DNA of 64,000 nucleotides, from positions 1-64,000 of the IMG/VR virus record IMGVR_UViG_3300043449_002510. One strand, written 5' to 3'. Each line of letters begins with the position of its first letter. Position 1 is the first letter of the stretch. A program made the translations under genes and the position numbers. Source of the DNA: a virus. Under the pieces are notes generated by a model that was not told the origin of the DNA, searched no databases, and saw only the letters and a program-made list of their open reading frames with translations. This document shows positions 38,601 to 47,131 of the stretch, in pieces.

Positions 38601-38825
38601 AAAACGGATGAACCAATAATCAGCTTACCAGATTACTGGTCATGGCTTGTTCACGAAAATTCTGTCACTTGCACAATAACGCCAATTGGCAAGCCAATGA
38701 ACTTATACATTGTAGAACAAACAAATGAAAAAATAGTAATTGGCGGCTTGGAAGCTGGCGGCAGCTACAATTATATTGTTTACGGCGAAAGAAAAGATAT
38801 TGACAAATTAATTCCTGAAATTTAA
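32655..38825 (+). CDS. Giant fibre/adhesin, 2056 aa, with ~60 14-aa repeats
   Basis: SNFLGYQAGYQATxA repeats; C-terminal KAFKINH...HGASEAPE...RG...LPDYW domain typical of fibre ends. Confidence 0.8.
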   Translation: MIGISSSNVGYSRSAVDAKIAAIPKVSGVVYTTGNQSISGSKTFLNGLNVSGTEVISSTGVSNVPLIVSGVSGQSAHLFRTINGANGRILTSSRSDGTLAANKLVLFRDSYGSDLDIITMSIKDNNQGLLIYTYGSYYCFSNQTPGKLVSVGGYIGGTGDEGYFALGGTTVTPTTNGDVFLRRDAANIFAQQNGVNSQTFRVYNTYTNTNNFERAKVGWNNNALEIGTEQGSTGGLPRDIKFLTSGVERGYLSADGSLFAVSGVLQAGVGNNNSAPQIRMGGVSSSQYAGFSRGSGGGGNGDILVWNGGVMKTVFSYQGVLISSDNALMFSDGTNPIGINSKNVTLRRDGNGILALRSHTFDTNNTPQQFRIYKDVSATTGQFGLAGWSGDNFVLGAQAFTGGVVWNTIITGNSINLLPKTGIVNVSGQILTNQRPLVNGTGVLLSGEAASLPTTIVYTTGSQTISGNKTFTADLKASSLIIEPGSFRIFDNVFSGDVLSLTEGSSFVLGAGASQIDIYNQTITGFGIYSDNIYQNGNLVITTADTGNFLTTSSNVVYTTGSQNITDLKTFESIRIGNDAGIYLTGGNSQIIFYDSYSPLEALRLEQELFDLKGPGNQIIRVYNGLIAGFSEIYSEYVYGDNLVYLTGNQTITGTKYFNNVYANNLYVNGTETIVNTTSLNVADNFIYLNATGGVRDAGIFINFASDSGSGAYIGWDIPSNSWRFGSGVSETDLGTLDYIASQSWVIGQSYVNTGQTGIFLTAASNVVYTTGNQNISGVKIFNDEVIATGSLTLSGNGALLKEAGTFGVRLVPAYGSSAWRVSLNNVPNNTYCYFGYHGGFRNGFWNNYLGTFGWTADGNAANTPDTLLSRDAAGIIAQQNGVNAQTFRVYNTYSTTGSFERAKLGWNSNVLEIGTEQGSTGGVARNLALVTSGQQRVTVDTIGRVGINTTSPSERLSVNGNILVTEYIINASNLSGLNTNSIGVNAGINATGATYSNFLGNYAGYQATNALKSNFLGGYAGNAAINSSQSNFLGYYAGFGATNANDSNFIGQQAGQNANNANNSNFLGNYAGGFAVSASNSTFIGSLAGYEAVSGNDSNFQGNRAGYQASGANNSNFLGYQAGYQASLARNSNFQGYQAGYQATSGNDSNFQGYRAGYQATSANRSNFLGYQAGYQATNAFESNFFGYYAGLSATTANNSNFLGTFAGWNAVNGNNSNFFGYAAGTAATNAYRSNFLGYYAGYAATNAYNSNFLGFYAGYQAINTINSNFLGSEAGYQASGADNSNFQGFQVGYQATNANSSSFFGYRAGYQAASANNSNFLGQEAGYQASGANRSNFQGYRAGYQAASANQSNFLGYQAGYVATNAYSSNFFGFLAGYNAINANNSIFIGDYAGYSSTNANNSNFLGKQAGRETNVVYSNFLGASAGYLAASASYSNFLGNYAGYSGALASNSNFLGNNAGYLAVYAYYSNFLGYRAGNLASNADNSNFLGQDAGYQATSGNNSNFQGYQAGYQATGANNSNFLGNQAGYQATSSNNSNFLGYRAGYQATSASNSNFVGNTAGQSAPNANRSNFFGQQAGYFATSGNDSNFLGYQAGREAVSANNSNFFGYQAGYQATNAFNCNFLGQYAGYQASGLKQSNFLGNAAGQNATNAEFSNFLGASAGFNSTNAYHSNFFGSNAGRDAATGQYSNFFGFNAGREAVNANNSNFFGWFAGYQASGASNSNFLGNYAGQQATNANRSNFFGLNAGNGARNAADSNFFGNLAGQSAIAAVYSNFLGFQVGYQASGAEISNFLGYQAGYQASGASHSFFAGYRAGYQAPNANNSIFIGRSAGVNDTVNNATNKSSILIGNYTSTSGYSDSIAIGQGVANSATQQLNIGNVLYATNINNATTPTSTPVLGRVGVRVANPQYTLDINGSGNFSSGIYVSGNSTFYNNLSISGHLSATSKAFKINHLSKPGKYLIHGASEAPEWTVFVRGKTDEPIISLPDYWSWLVHENSVTCTITPIGKPMNLYIVEQTNEKIVIGGLEAGGSYNYIVYGERKDIDKLIPEI
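35610..38170 (+). repeat. Degenerate 42-bp coding tandem repeat, about 60 units
   Basis: tcwaayttyttwggwtatcaagcwggwtatcaagc recurs every 42 nt; count estimated from span. Confidence 0.9.
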
Positions 38826-38831
38826 AAAAAT

Positions 38832-39107
38832 ATGAACTACGAAAATAGACAATATATGATATTTAATGTTAGTGAATTATCTAATATTAATTTTTCGGAA
38901 GTTTTAGAAACTTCTTCGGAAACAGTCCGAAAAAGCGTGGATGGTAGTAAAACTTTTGTTAAATGGGATGGCGAAAATACTCCACCCTCTGTTGAAGCTT
39001 TAGTTACAAAAGAGGGGCCATATACTTACTCAGAAATTTTGTCAATTTTGCAAACTCCAGAATGGACGCCGCCCGCCACAATTGGAGAATTAGCAAATGG
39101 CAACTAA
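38832..39107 (+). CDS. Small phage hypothetical protein
   Basis: ORF track; overlaps the start of the next gene. Confidence 0.7.
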   Translation: MNYENRQYMIFNVSELSNINFSEVLETSSETVRKSVDGSKTFVKWDGENTPPSVEALVTKEGPYTYSEILSILQTPEWTPPATIGELANGN

Positions 39108-39759
39108 TTACTCGCCTTCAATTGTTAAAGATGGATTGGTGCTTCATTTAGATGCAGCAAGCCCAAAAAGTTATGCTAGTGGAAGTGTCGTTTGGTATGA
39201 TTTAAGTAAAAATGGAGTTAATGGCGCTTTAACGAATGGTCCAACTTTTGATTCAAGTAACGCAGGAAATATAACTTTTGATGGATCTAATGATTATGTT
39301 AATTTCGGAACATATTCTCCTAATATTAATACAGTCGATGTATGGTTTAAATTATATGGTACAAATTCAATTGTTTGTCTTGGTAATGATGCAAATGACT
39401 CTAGCCAGTGGAGTTGGAGTATTTTTAGATACATAAATTCATTATATATTAGAGGAAATCCAGGTGGTATGGGAAGTATAAGTATAGATGTTTCTAATAT
39501 TTTATCTAAATGGACAAATGTAGTAATGATAAGAAGAAGAGCGTCTGACAGTAAATGTGCAGCATATATAAATGGCAAATTTTATAATTCGTCAAATGAC
39601 TCTACACTAACTGATACATATCCAAATTTAAGAATTGGAAAAGGTGGTACAAATTATACAAGCATGTCATTAAGTTGTTTAAGATTATACAATAGAGAAT
39701 TATCAGAATCAGAAATTTTTCAAAATTATAATGCCACCAAAGGGAGATTCAATTTATAA
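39097..39759 (+). CDS. LamG/concanavalin A-like lectin protein, copy 1
   Basis: GLVLHLDAA, WYDLS, FDGSNDY, YING, LYNRELS. Confidence 0.85.
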   Translation: MATNYSPSIVKDGLVLHLDAASPKSYASGSVVWYDLSKNGVNGALTNGPTFDSSNAGNITFDGSNDYVNFGTYSPNINTVDVWFKLYGTNSIVCLGNDANDSSQWSWSIFRYINSLYIRGNPGGMGSISIDVSNILSKWTNVVMIRRRASDSKCAAYINGKFYNSSNDSTLTDTYPNLRIGKGGTNYTSMSLSCLRLYNRELSESEIFQNYNATKGRFNL

Positions 39760-39761
39760 TT

Positions 39762-40439
39762 ATGGCAACAATAGGAGGCCCCCCAATTATAACAAATGGA
39801 TTGGTTTTGCATTTGGATGCAGCCAATGAAAAAAGCTTTAAATCGGGGAATACTATTTGGCGTGACTTGAGTAAAAATGGCAATAATGGAACATTAACTA
39901 ATGGGCCGACTTTTAGTTCTGCTAATAATGGAAGTATTGTTTTTGATGGAGTTGATGATTATGTAACTGGAAGCATTTCATCGATATCTAATTGGACATT
40001 GAATATATGGCTTTTATCAACAAATATTTCATCTAAGTTTGTATATTATCCATTTTCATGTGCAATTAATTCAAGTACTACATATGGTGCGGGAATAGGT
40101 TTTGGAGGAACTTTTGATAGTATTGTACAAAATAAATGGTATTTTTATGATGGAAATATATCGTTTAGTAGCGATGCAACTTCAGTAGTTATTAACAAAT
40201 GGTATAATTTAGTAGTAACTAAAAATTCAACTTCTTATAATTTATATACAAATGGATTATTTTCTTTAAATGCAACCGGAGTTAACTTGACATGTAGCCA
40301 ATATTCATTAGGTAGACGATTAGATGGTATATGGAATTCAGTTGGATCAATATCTCAAGCGATGATTTATAATAGAGAATTGACAGCGCAAGAAGTATTA
40401 CAAAATTATAACTCAACCAAAGGAAGATTTAATTTATAA
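39762..40439 (+). CDS. LamG/concanavalin A-like lectin protein, copy 2
   Basis: Same motifs; KWYNLVVT, LYTNG, IYNRELT. Confidence 0.85.
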   Translation: MATIGGPPIITNGLVLHLDAANEKSFKSGNTIWRDLSKNGNNGTLTNGPTFSSANNGSIVFDGVDDYVTGSISSISNWTLNIWLLSTNISSKFVYYPFSCAINSSTTYGAGIGFGGTFDSIVQNKWYFYDGNISFSSDATSVVINKWYNLVVTKNSTSYNLYTNGLFSLNATGVNLTCSQYSLGRRLDGIWNSVGSISQAMIYNRELTAQEVLQNYNSTKGRFNL

Positions 40440-40442
40440 AAT

Positions 40443-41168
40443 ATGGCCTTTAAACATTCACCAACGATCATCACAGATGGGCTCGTCTTATGTTTGGACG
40501 CGGCCAGTCCAAAAAGCTATACCAGTGGTAGCGCCACTTGGTATGACTTAAGCAGAAACGGCAACAATGGCACTTTAACAAATGGCCCGACTTTTAGTTC
40601 TGAAAACAGGGGAAGTATTGTATTTGATGGGACAAATGATTATGGAAGTGTTCCATGTTCAAAATTTCAATCTGGCAATAACGAATTTTCTATGGCAGTC
40701 TGGTTTAAATGGAGAGGAGATGGATCGGCTAATATAGATGGTATTTTCGGTTATGGATTGGATGCGCCGGGAGGTGGTCAATGCGCAGTTATAGCTATAG
40801 ATGCTTCTAGTTTTTTAGCATTTGATTTCGGGTCTGGGGCTGGGTTGGTTAAAAGTTTATCAACTATGTCTCAAAATATTTGGTATTATGCAATTTATGT
40901 TTATGATAAAAGTACATCAAAATTATATTTAAATGGAAAAATAGAAAATTTTACAAATTACTCTTCTGCAAATGTAAACTTAACCGGAAGTAATGGCGCA
41001 AATGCTGGAATAGGTTGTCTTTTTAGTCCTTATGGCAACGTTTCTAGTCCTCAACGATATGGCACATTTAATGGAAATATTTCTATAATTAAATATTATA
41101 ATCGTGCTTTATCAGCGTCTGAAGTTCTCCAAAATTATAATGCAACTAAAGGTAGATTTAATTTATAA
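40443..41168 (+). CDS. LamG/concanavalin A-like lectin protein, copy 3
   Basis: Same motifs; LYLNG, FNGNI, YYNRALS. Confidence 0.85.
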   Translation: MAFKHSPTIITDGLVLCLDAASPKSYTSGSATWYDLSRNGNNGTLTNGPTFSSENRGSIVFDGTNDYGSVPCSKFQSGNNEFSMAVWFKWRGDGSANIDGIFGYGLDAPGGGQCAVIAIDASSFLAFDFGSGAGLVKSLSTMSQNIWYYAIYVYDKSTSKLYLNGKIENFTNYSSANVNLTGSNGANAGIGCLFSPYGNVSSPQRYGTFNGNISIIKYYNRALSASEVLQNYNATKGRFNL

Positions 41169-41204
41169 AATAAACCATTAAAAAAGTGTAAAATATATAT
41201 ATAA

Positions 41205-43274
41205 ATGCCCAACATTTTAATTAATCCAAGCTCAGGAATACTGGAATTCAATACAGGAATAGCCGGTGGATCATCTTTTTCTTCACTTTCTGGCGCGTCG
41301 AGGTTTACTTTTAATAGCGGCGAGATTAATCTTGCCAGTTACGCAACTGGCGTAAAAGACCGTTTTACTATTGATGGTTCGGCTGGCCGCTTATTTTCTG
41401 TCTCTGATGCATTAACGGGCACAATTTTTTCTGTTAACGATATAGCGGGCCTTCCGCTTATTGAAGTTGTTTCAACCAGCGGCGACACCATTACAATGGG
41501 GCCTTATAATACCAGCACTTTTGTAATAAAAGATACCAAAGTTGGCATTGGAACTGGAAATCCATCTTATATTTTAGATGTAAATGGATCAGCAAAAATC
41601 TTATCAATTTATGCAGATGGAGATAATGGAACTAGAATGGGAGCTATTGCAGAAGGTTTTGTAACAAATAGAACTTTATCTGTTGGAACTGTTACCTCTG
41701 GTCCTAATTATGCAAATTGTCAAGCTGTTATTATAGGTACAACTTCGACAAGGCATGCTTTAGTTGTTCAAGGATTAGATTCAACTTATACAGCAAATCT
41801 TTTGAGATTTAGAGTCGGAACAAATGTTGTTGGATTTATTAATTCTGGAGCTAACTTTTTTGCAATGGGTGGTACAGGAAATACTTCTGCCGCCATTAAA
41901 AGTTCTGGAATCTCTATTCAGGCAAGATTAGCTGATGATAGTGATTTTGCAGATTTTCAAGCAAAAAATATAACAGCAAATTCAAGCGGTATATTCGGAA
42001 GTGGATTTTTTAGAAGTGGCTTGTCTGCCAGTGGAACTTCAACATTTTATAATCAATTAAATGTTTCTGGAATAAAGTATGATGTATTGACGGGAACACA
42101 AATCCCACCAGCTTATCAAGAAGGTTTCTCTTGGTATGATGATGATAATAAAGCTTTATCTTATTATAATGATGTAAATGGAGTTCCAGTTCATATGGGA
42201 CAACAGCAGCTTGTAAGAGGAACTAATAATCTTCCATTTACTTTAACAAAAGGACAAGTAGTTTATATAACAGGCGCGGGTGGAGGAGACAAGTTCCCAG
42301 GTTTTAGTTTGGCTTTAGCTACTGGCGACAATACCTCCGCAAGAACTATTGGAGTAATTGCAAACGACATTACTTCAAATGGAAAAGGTTATGCAATTTC
42401 ATTCGGCAAATTGGAAGGAATAGATACGAGCGCATATAACGTTGGAGATACTCTTTATCTTTCTTGGACATCTAGCGGAAGTTTTACTGGAGCTAAACCT
42501 CAAGCACCATATCACATGGTCAGAGTCGGCACTGTTTTAAGACAAGGCAACTCTTCCAATGGAGTTATCTTTGTTACCATTCAAAACGGTTATGAATTAG
42601 AAGAATTACATGATGTAAGAATTACCAATCCGCAAAATAATCAAGCAATATTATGGAATTCAACAAGCGGAGTTTGGGCAAATGAACAAATAAGTACTGG
42701 AGACATAAATGGAATTAATAATTTGGTTACCGTTAGTGGAAATCAAACAATTTATGGAAATAAAACATTTGCCGCTGACTTAAATGCAAGCTCTCTTATT
42801 ATAGAACCAGGAAATTTAAGAATTTTTGATAGCGTACTTTCTGGTGATGTTTTTAATTTAACCGAAGGTTCAAATTGCATTGTAAATGGAATTGGTTGTC
42901 AAATTGATTTGTATAGTCAAGTAATTAGCGGATTTGAAATTTATTCTCAAAACATCTACCAAAATGGAAGCTTGGTTATTACTTCAAACGATACTGGTGA
43001 CTTTTTATCAGTATATTCTAATGTAGTTTATACTACTGGAAACCAAACAATCAATGGAATTAAAAATTTTACAAATTCTGTCGGAATTAATAATATATCT
43101 CCATCATATACATTTGACGTAAATGGAAGCGGCAATTTCACTAGTGGCATTTTGACAAGTGGAAATTTTGAATCTTCAACTGCTTCCAATGGAATAATAT
43201 TAAAGTCCCCAAATGGTTCCAGATACAAAATAACAGTAAATAACGATGGATCTTTAAGTACAACATTAATATAA
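41205..43274 (+). CDS. Fibre protein
   Basis: VGIGTGNP..LDVNG, ELEELHDV, QTIxGxKxF repeats, C-terminal ILKSPNGSRYKITV. Confidence 0.7.
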   Translation: MPNILINPSSGILEFNTGIAGGSSFSSLSGASRFTFNSGEINLASYATGVKDRFTIDGSAGRLFSVSDALTGTIFSVNDIAGLPLIEVVSTSGDTITMGPYNTSTFVIKDTKVGIGTGNPSYILDVNGSAKILSIYADGDNGTRMGAIAEGFVTNRTLSVGTVTSGPNYANCQAVIIGTTSTRHALVVQGLDSTYTANLLRFRVGTNVVGFINSGANFFAMGGTGNTSAAIKSSGISIQARLADDSDFADFQAKNITANSSGIFGSGFFRSGLSASGTSTFYNQLNVSGIKYDVLTGTQIPPAYQEGFSWYDDDNKALSYYNDVNGVPVHMGQQQLVRGTNNLPFTLTKGQVVYITGAGGGDKFPGFSLALATGDNTSARTIGVIANDITSNGKGYAISFGKLEGIDTSAYNVGDTLYLSWTSSGSFTGAKPQAPYHMVRVGTVLRQGNSSNGVIFVTIQNGYELEELHDVRITNPQNNQAILWNSTSGVWANEQISTGDINGINNLVTVSGNQTIYGNKTFAADLNASSLIIEPGNLRIFDSVLSGDVFNLTEGSNCIVNGIGCQIDLYSQVISGFEIYSQNIYQNGSLVITSNDTGDFLSVYSNVVYTTGNQTINGIKNFTNSVGINNISPSYTFDVNGSGNFTSGILTSGNFESSTASNGIILKSPNGSRYKITVNNDGSLSTTLI

Positions 43275-43315
43275 TTTTTCAGTGTAATTAAAATAAACAA
43301 CAATATAATAAATAT

Positions 43316-43651
43316 ATGCCATTACCATTACCAAACCCAGTAGTTATACCTTCAACTCAAGAAAAGCAATATGATACAGCTTGGATTTATAATTTAAGCG
43401 TTCATGCGCCCGCCAACAATGCTGGCCGCATAAGTATAGAAGTGTTGCCATACAATCAACAAACCCAAGAAATAGCGCCCGGTTCTTACGTTCAAACAAT
43501 ACACACTGATAAGTTGTTTGAAGCAATGGCTGCTGTTCCAGAAGTTCAACAAGCTTTTGGCGCAATTCTTAACGCCATTGAACCATTAAGAACTTGGATT
43601 GCTGCGCAACAAACTCCTGCCCCTGCTCCAGAGCCAACTCCAGAGCCATAA
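43316..43651 (+). CDS. Hypothetical protein, possible fibre chaperone
   Basis: ORF track; Pro-rich tail. Confidence 0.65.
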   Translation: MPLPLPNPVVIPSTQEKQYDTAWIYNLSVHAPANNAGRISIEVLPYNQQTQEIAPGSYVQTIHTDKLFEAMAAVPEVQQAFGAILNAIEPLRTWIAAQQTPAPAPEPTPEP

Positions 43652-43663
43652 TAGGAACATAAA

Positions 43664-45505
43664 ATGCCGCGCCACATAATTGATTCAGGAATTCAGTTCA
43701 TTAATGCCATAAATACATCAGGGGTTCCCTTGACTATTTCTGGCGTTAGTGGACAGAGTTCCAATTTGCTTAGAACAATAAACGGCGCAGATGGATCAGT
43801 TTTAACTTCTTTAAGAAGCAATGGATATGTTGGCTCAAAAGGTTTAAAAATAACAAATGATTCAAATGCTGATATAATAACTCTTTCATTATATAATAAT
43901 TATGGATTAATGGTTGATTGTTACGGTGGTCAAACATTTTTTAGCAATTCAAATGGAACAATAGTAACATTAGGTGGTTATATAGGTGGAACAACTAATG
44001 GATACTTTGCATTAGGAGCAACTACCTTAAATAATAGTGTTAATGCTGGTCAAGACACGATTTTTTATCGTGACGCCGCTGGAATATTCGCCCAAAGAAA
44101 TGGTGTAAATTCTCAAACTTTTAGAGTTTATAATACTTATTCAACAACTGGCAATTTTGAAAGAGGCAAAATAGGTTGGAACAACAACGCTTTTGAAATT
44201 GGAACCGAACAAGGTACAACTGGTGGAGTTGCAAGAGATTTGCGCTTTTTAACTAGCGGCTCTGGAAGAATGACGATTACTAGTGGCGGAAATGTAGGAA
44301 TAGGTACAATTAATCCTACAGCTAATTTAGATGTAGATGGTAGTGTAAAAATTGCTAGCGCCAGAAATAATCAATTTCCTCTTTCTATTTACGGAGGTAA
44401 TAGTTCCGCTCAAGCGTGTCATATAATATTGTACAACAATGTTCCTGTTGGAGTTATTAAAGCAGGTGGCAATGGTACAGTTGGGCAAGGATTCGCTAAT
44501 TCAAGTTATAATTACCAACTTTTTGTTAGATGGTCAGATGGTAATGTTGGAATAAATACAACATCACCAAATTATACTTTAGATGTCAATGGCTCTGGAA
44601 TTTTCCAAAGTGGTTTATCAGTTAGCGGTCAAATCATAACAAATCAACGTCCATTAATAAATGGCACCCCAGTTCTTCTCAGCGGAGAGGGCGGCGGAGC
44701 TACTCCAGCAAATTTAGTTTATACAACTGGTACCCAAACAATAGCTGGAGAAAAAACTTTCAGTAATAAAGCCAATTTTTATTCTGGTTTTTCTGTTGGT
44801 AATAATTATTTAAACGCTGACTTTAATAGTTTCGAAATTTTCGATGATCCAAATTTCCTTACTGTAATGAAGTATGCTGAAAATACTGAATTTTATTTTG
44901 AAGGGCCATCTGGAGCAAAAGTTGATGTATGGAATAGCAATGTTTCTAATTTTGATAAAATTTCTTCAAATTTAATTTCTGGCACTAACCTCAGTTTAGA
45001 AAGTGGAATTAAATTTAACGGAGGCATTTCTAATAAAAGCTTCGAGATCTATAAAGATGACAAAACTTACAATTTTAGCATGGGGCCTACTGGAACTTGG
45101 GGCGCTTTTGGTTCAACTTTAATTTCTTTAACTAGTGGTGGCCCAAACATTAGTAATAATTTTACTCCATCTTTTAAATTAATAGATCAATCAAATTCTC
45201 AATTTTTTGAAATTGGTGGATATTCTGATGATGAACAATATGGTTCATTTAGCACTTTTAGAATGGGGAGCGAGGGGCTTGGATATTGGAGTGCAGGTGG
45301 TGGAATTTTTGCTGTAAGAGGAACAAATGTAGGTATAGGTACTGCTTATCCTGGTCATAAATTAGATGTAGATGGTAATATTAATGCCACTAGTTTTTCT
45401 TCAAGTGGAAACGCAGGAATGACAACTTCCGTCTCTGTTATAGATAATAGCAACAATGTAATTACATTAAACTTTGAGAACGGATTACTTATATCAATAA
45501 CTTAA
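43664..45505 (+). CDS. Fibre protein sharing modules with 32655-38825
   Basis: RDAAGIFAQRNGVNSQTFRVYNTY module; GNVGIGT repeats. Confidence 0.7.
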   Translation: MPRHIIDSGIQFINAINTSGVPLTISGVSGQSSNLLRTINGADGSVLTSLRSNGYVGSKGLKITNDSNADIITLSLYNNYGLMVDCYGGQTFFSNSNGTIVTLGGYIGGTTNGYFALGATTLNNSVNAGQDTIFYRDAAGIFAQRNGVNSQTFRVYNTYSTTGNFERGKIGWNNNAFEIGTEQGTTGGVARDLRFLTSGSGRMTITSGGNVGIGTINPTANLDVDGSVKIASARNNQFPLSIYGGNSSAQACHIILYNNVPVGVIKAGGNGTVGQGFANSSYNYQLFVRWSDGNVGINTTSPNYTLDVNGSGIFQSGLSVSGQIITNQRPLINGTPVLLSGEGGGATPANLVYTTGTQTIAGEKTFSNKANFYSGFSVGNNYLNADFNSFEIFDDPNFLTVMKYAENTEFYFEGPSGAKVDVWNSNVSNFDKISSNLISGTNLSLESGIKFNGGISNKSFEIYKDDKTYNFSMGPTGTWGAFGSTLISLTSGGPNISNNFTPSFKLIDQSNSQFFEIGGYSDDEQYGSFSTFRMGSEGLGYWSAGGGIFAVRGTNVGIGTAYPGHKLDVDGNINATSFSSSGNAGMTTSVSVIDNSNNVITLNFENGLLISIT

Positions 45506-45521
45506 GTGTAATTATAAATAT

Positions 45522-46031
45522 ATGAAAGTTGTTGACATTGCCAACGAAATTTATCTTGAAAACGCCCAACCATCCGACACGAGCATTCCCGCCATTGCTT
45601 TTTGGATTAGATCAAATATTGGCAAATTAAATAATTTAATTTATACAAATTATTCAATTAATCAAACTAATTTAGAAGTAGTTGATTCTTCTGGTAACGA
45701 AATTGATATTTTAGCCGCCGCAATAGTAAAAACAATGTATAAAGTTTATAGAGTTGAACTTGACATAAGAGGTATATTGGGAGGTATAGGAGTTGATTCA
45801 GTTCTCGAAGCAAGAGATCAAGACTTTTCAGTCAAGAAAATAAACAAAAGTGAATTATTAAAAACAATGACGGCTTTCAAAAAAGACTCACTCAAAGAAC
45901 TTCATGATTTAGTTCATAACTACAGAAGTTACAATGGTTCGCCTTCTCAAGTCGCTGGAGATGATACTGTCGTTGGTTATTATGCAGGTATAACTTCTCA
46001 ATATGTAAGATCAAGCGTTGGCGGAACTTAA
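45522..46031 (+). CDS. Putative head-tail adaptor
   Basis: Synteny and size only. Confidence 0.45.
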   Translation: MKVVDIANEIYLENAQPSDTSIPAIAFWIRSNIGKLNNLIYTNYSINQTNLEVVDSSGNEIDILAAAIVKTMYKVYRVELDIRGILGGIGVDSVLEARDQDFSVKKINKSELLKTMTAFKKDSLKELHDLVHNYRSYNGSPSQVAGDDTVVGYYAGITSQYVRSSVGGT

Positions 46032-46043
46032 TGAAAAATATTT

Positions 46044-46502
46044 ATGCCAAGTTTAGTTTCAAATTCAGAAAAACAGATTCTTACGGGTTTGTATAGAGAT
46101 ACATTTGATACTTTCTCCCGCGATATAGTCATTTTTAAAGAGCCAATAAAACAACAATTAATAACTGGTCCATCTAATCCGGGGCTTTTTGGTTTTGGAG
46201 ACGGGCAAATTCAACAAGAATACACTTACATTCCTGTAAGCGGAGTTTTTCCAGCAATTGTTCGTTATATTAATTTTAAAGGAAATATTTCAAGTAAAGA
46301 AGTGATTGATGAAACAAATGCTTTTATGCCATTTGGCGAAGTTATTATAAAAATAAAGCCAGATTGTCATGAATTTATTCAAAACGGAAAAACAGAGAAA
46401 TTTTCTTTTGATGATAGAGATTTTTATTTTGACGGTGAAGCAAAAGCCATGCCATTCTTAGGCGCCCTTTATTATACATATCAATTAAAAGCAAAATCAT
46501 AA
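46044..46502 (+). CDS. Putative head-closure protein
   Basis: Synteny and size only. Confidence 0.45.
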   Translation: MPSLVSNSEKQILTGLYRDTFDTFSRDIVIFKEPIKQQLITGPSNPGLFGFGDGQIQQEYTYIPVSGVFPAIVRYINFKGNISSKEVIDETNAFMPFGEVIIKIKPDCHEFIQNGKTEKFSFDDRDFYFDGEAKAMPFLGALYYTYQLKAKS

Positions 46503-46503
46503 A

Positions 46504-47121
46504 ATGTCTAACGTTTCATTTAAAGTTAATTATATTGAATTGGGAAAAATCTTTGAACAAAAGATTGATTCTGATTCAAGGGTTGGCAATTTAGTGGACA
46601 ATTATATCAAAAATTTTTTTCAAAAGAATAAAAATTTATTAATCTCAGAATTTAATAATCATAAAATTACTGTTGAATTAAGAAATGGTCCTGGGGCTTC
46701 AAATATTAGTAATACATTAGGTGGATATGGTAATTTATTTTCATTTTTTGGATTCTTTCAATCTAAAAATCCAACAAAAGAATTAGAAGATTTATTGTCT
46801 TCGATGTCTATAAGAAAAACAACAAGAAAAGGTAGAGTTTTTTATTATACAATCAACTTACCAACAAAATCTCAAATAGCGGAAGCAACAAGAATGGATT
46901 GGGGTTCTGGGACAAGTTGGGCTTATGCCGTTGAAAGCGGTGGATTTGGTGGAGATGCAGATTTATCACATTATATTTATAAAACTTGGTTAAAAGGCAG
47001 ATCGAAAAAAGGTGTTCAAATTAAAGCAAATTATTCAGAAAAAAACTTTTCTCCAAAACCTTATCTTACTCCTATTTTTGAAAATTTTCAAAAAAGAATC
47101 AATGCTAATATACAAGTGTAA
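46504..47121 (+). CDS. Putative neck/tail-completion protein
   Basis: WAYAVESG and PKPYLTP resemble HK97 gp10-like motifs; synteny. Confidence 0.45.
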   Translation: MSNVSFKVNYIELGKIFEQKIDSDSRVGNLVDNYIKNFFQKNKNLLISEFNNHKITVELRNGPGASNISNTLGGYGNLFSFFGFFQSKNPTKELEDLLSSMSIRKTTRKGRVFYYTINLPTKSQIAEATRMDWGSGTSWAYAVESGGFGGDADLSHYIYKTWLKGRSKKGVQIKANYSEKNFSPKPYLTPIFENFQKRINANIQV

Positions 47122-47131
47122 TTAATTTAAT

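Noticed and set aside
23251-45505. Diversity-generating retroelement or invertase shufflon acting on fibres
   Set aside because: No reverse transcriptase or invertase, no adenine-specific TR/VR pair, and no inverted cassettes seen in this window.
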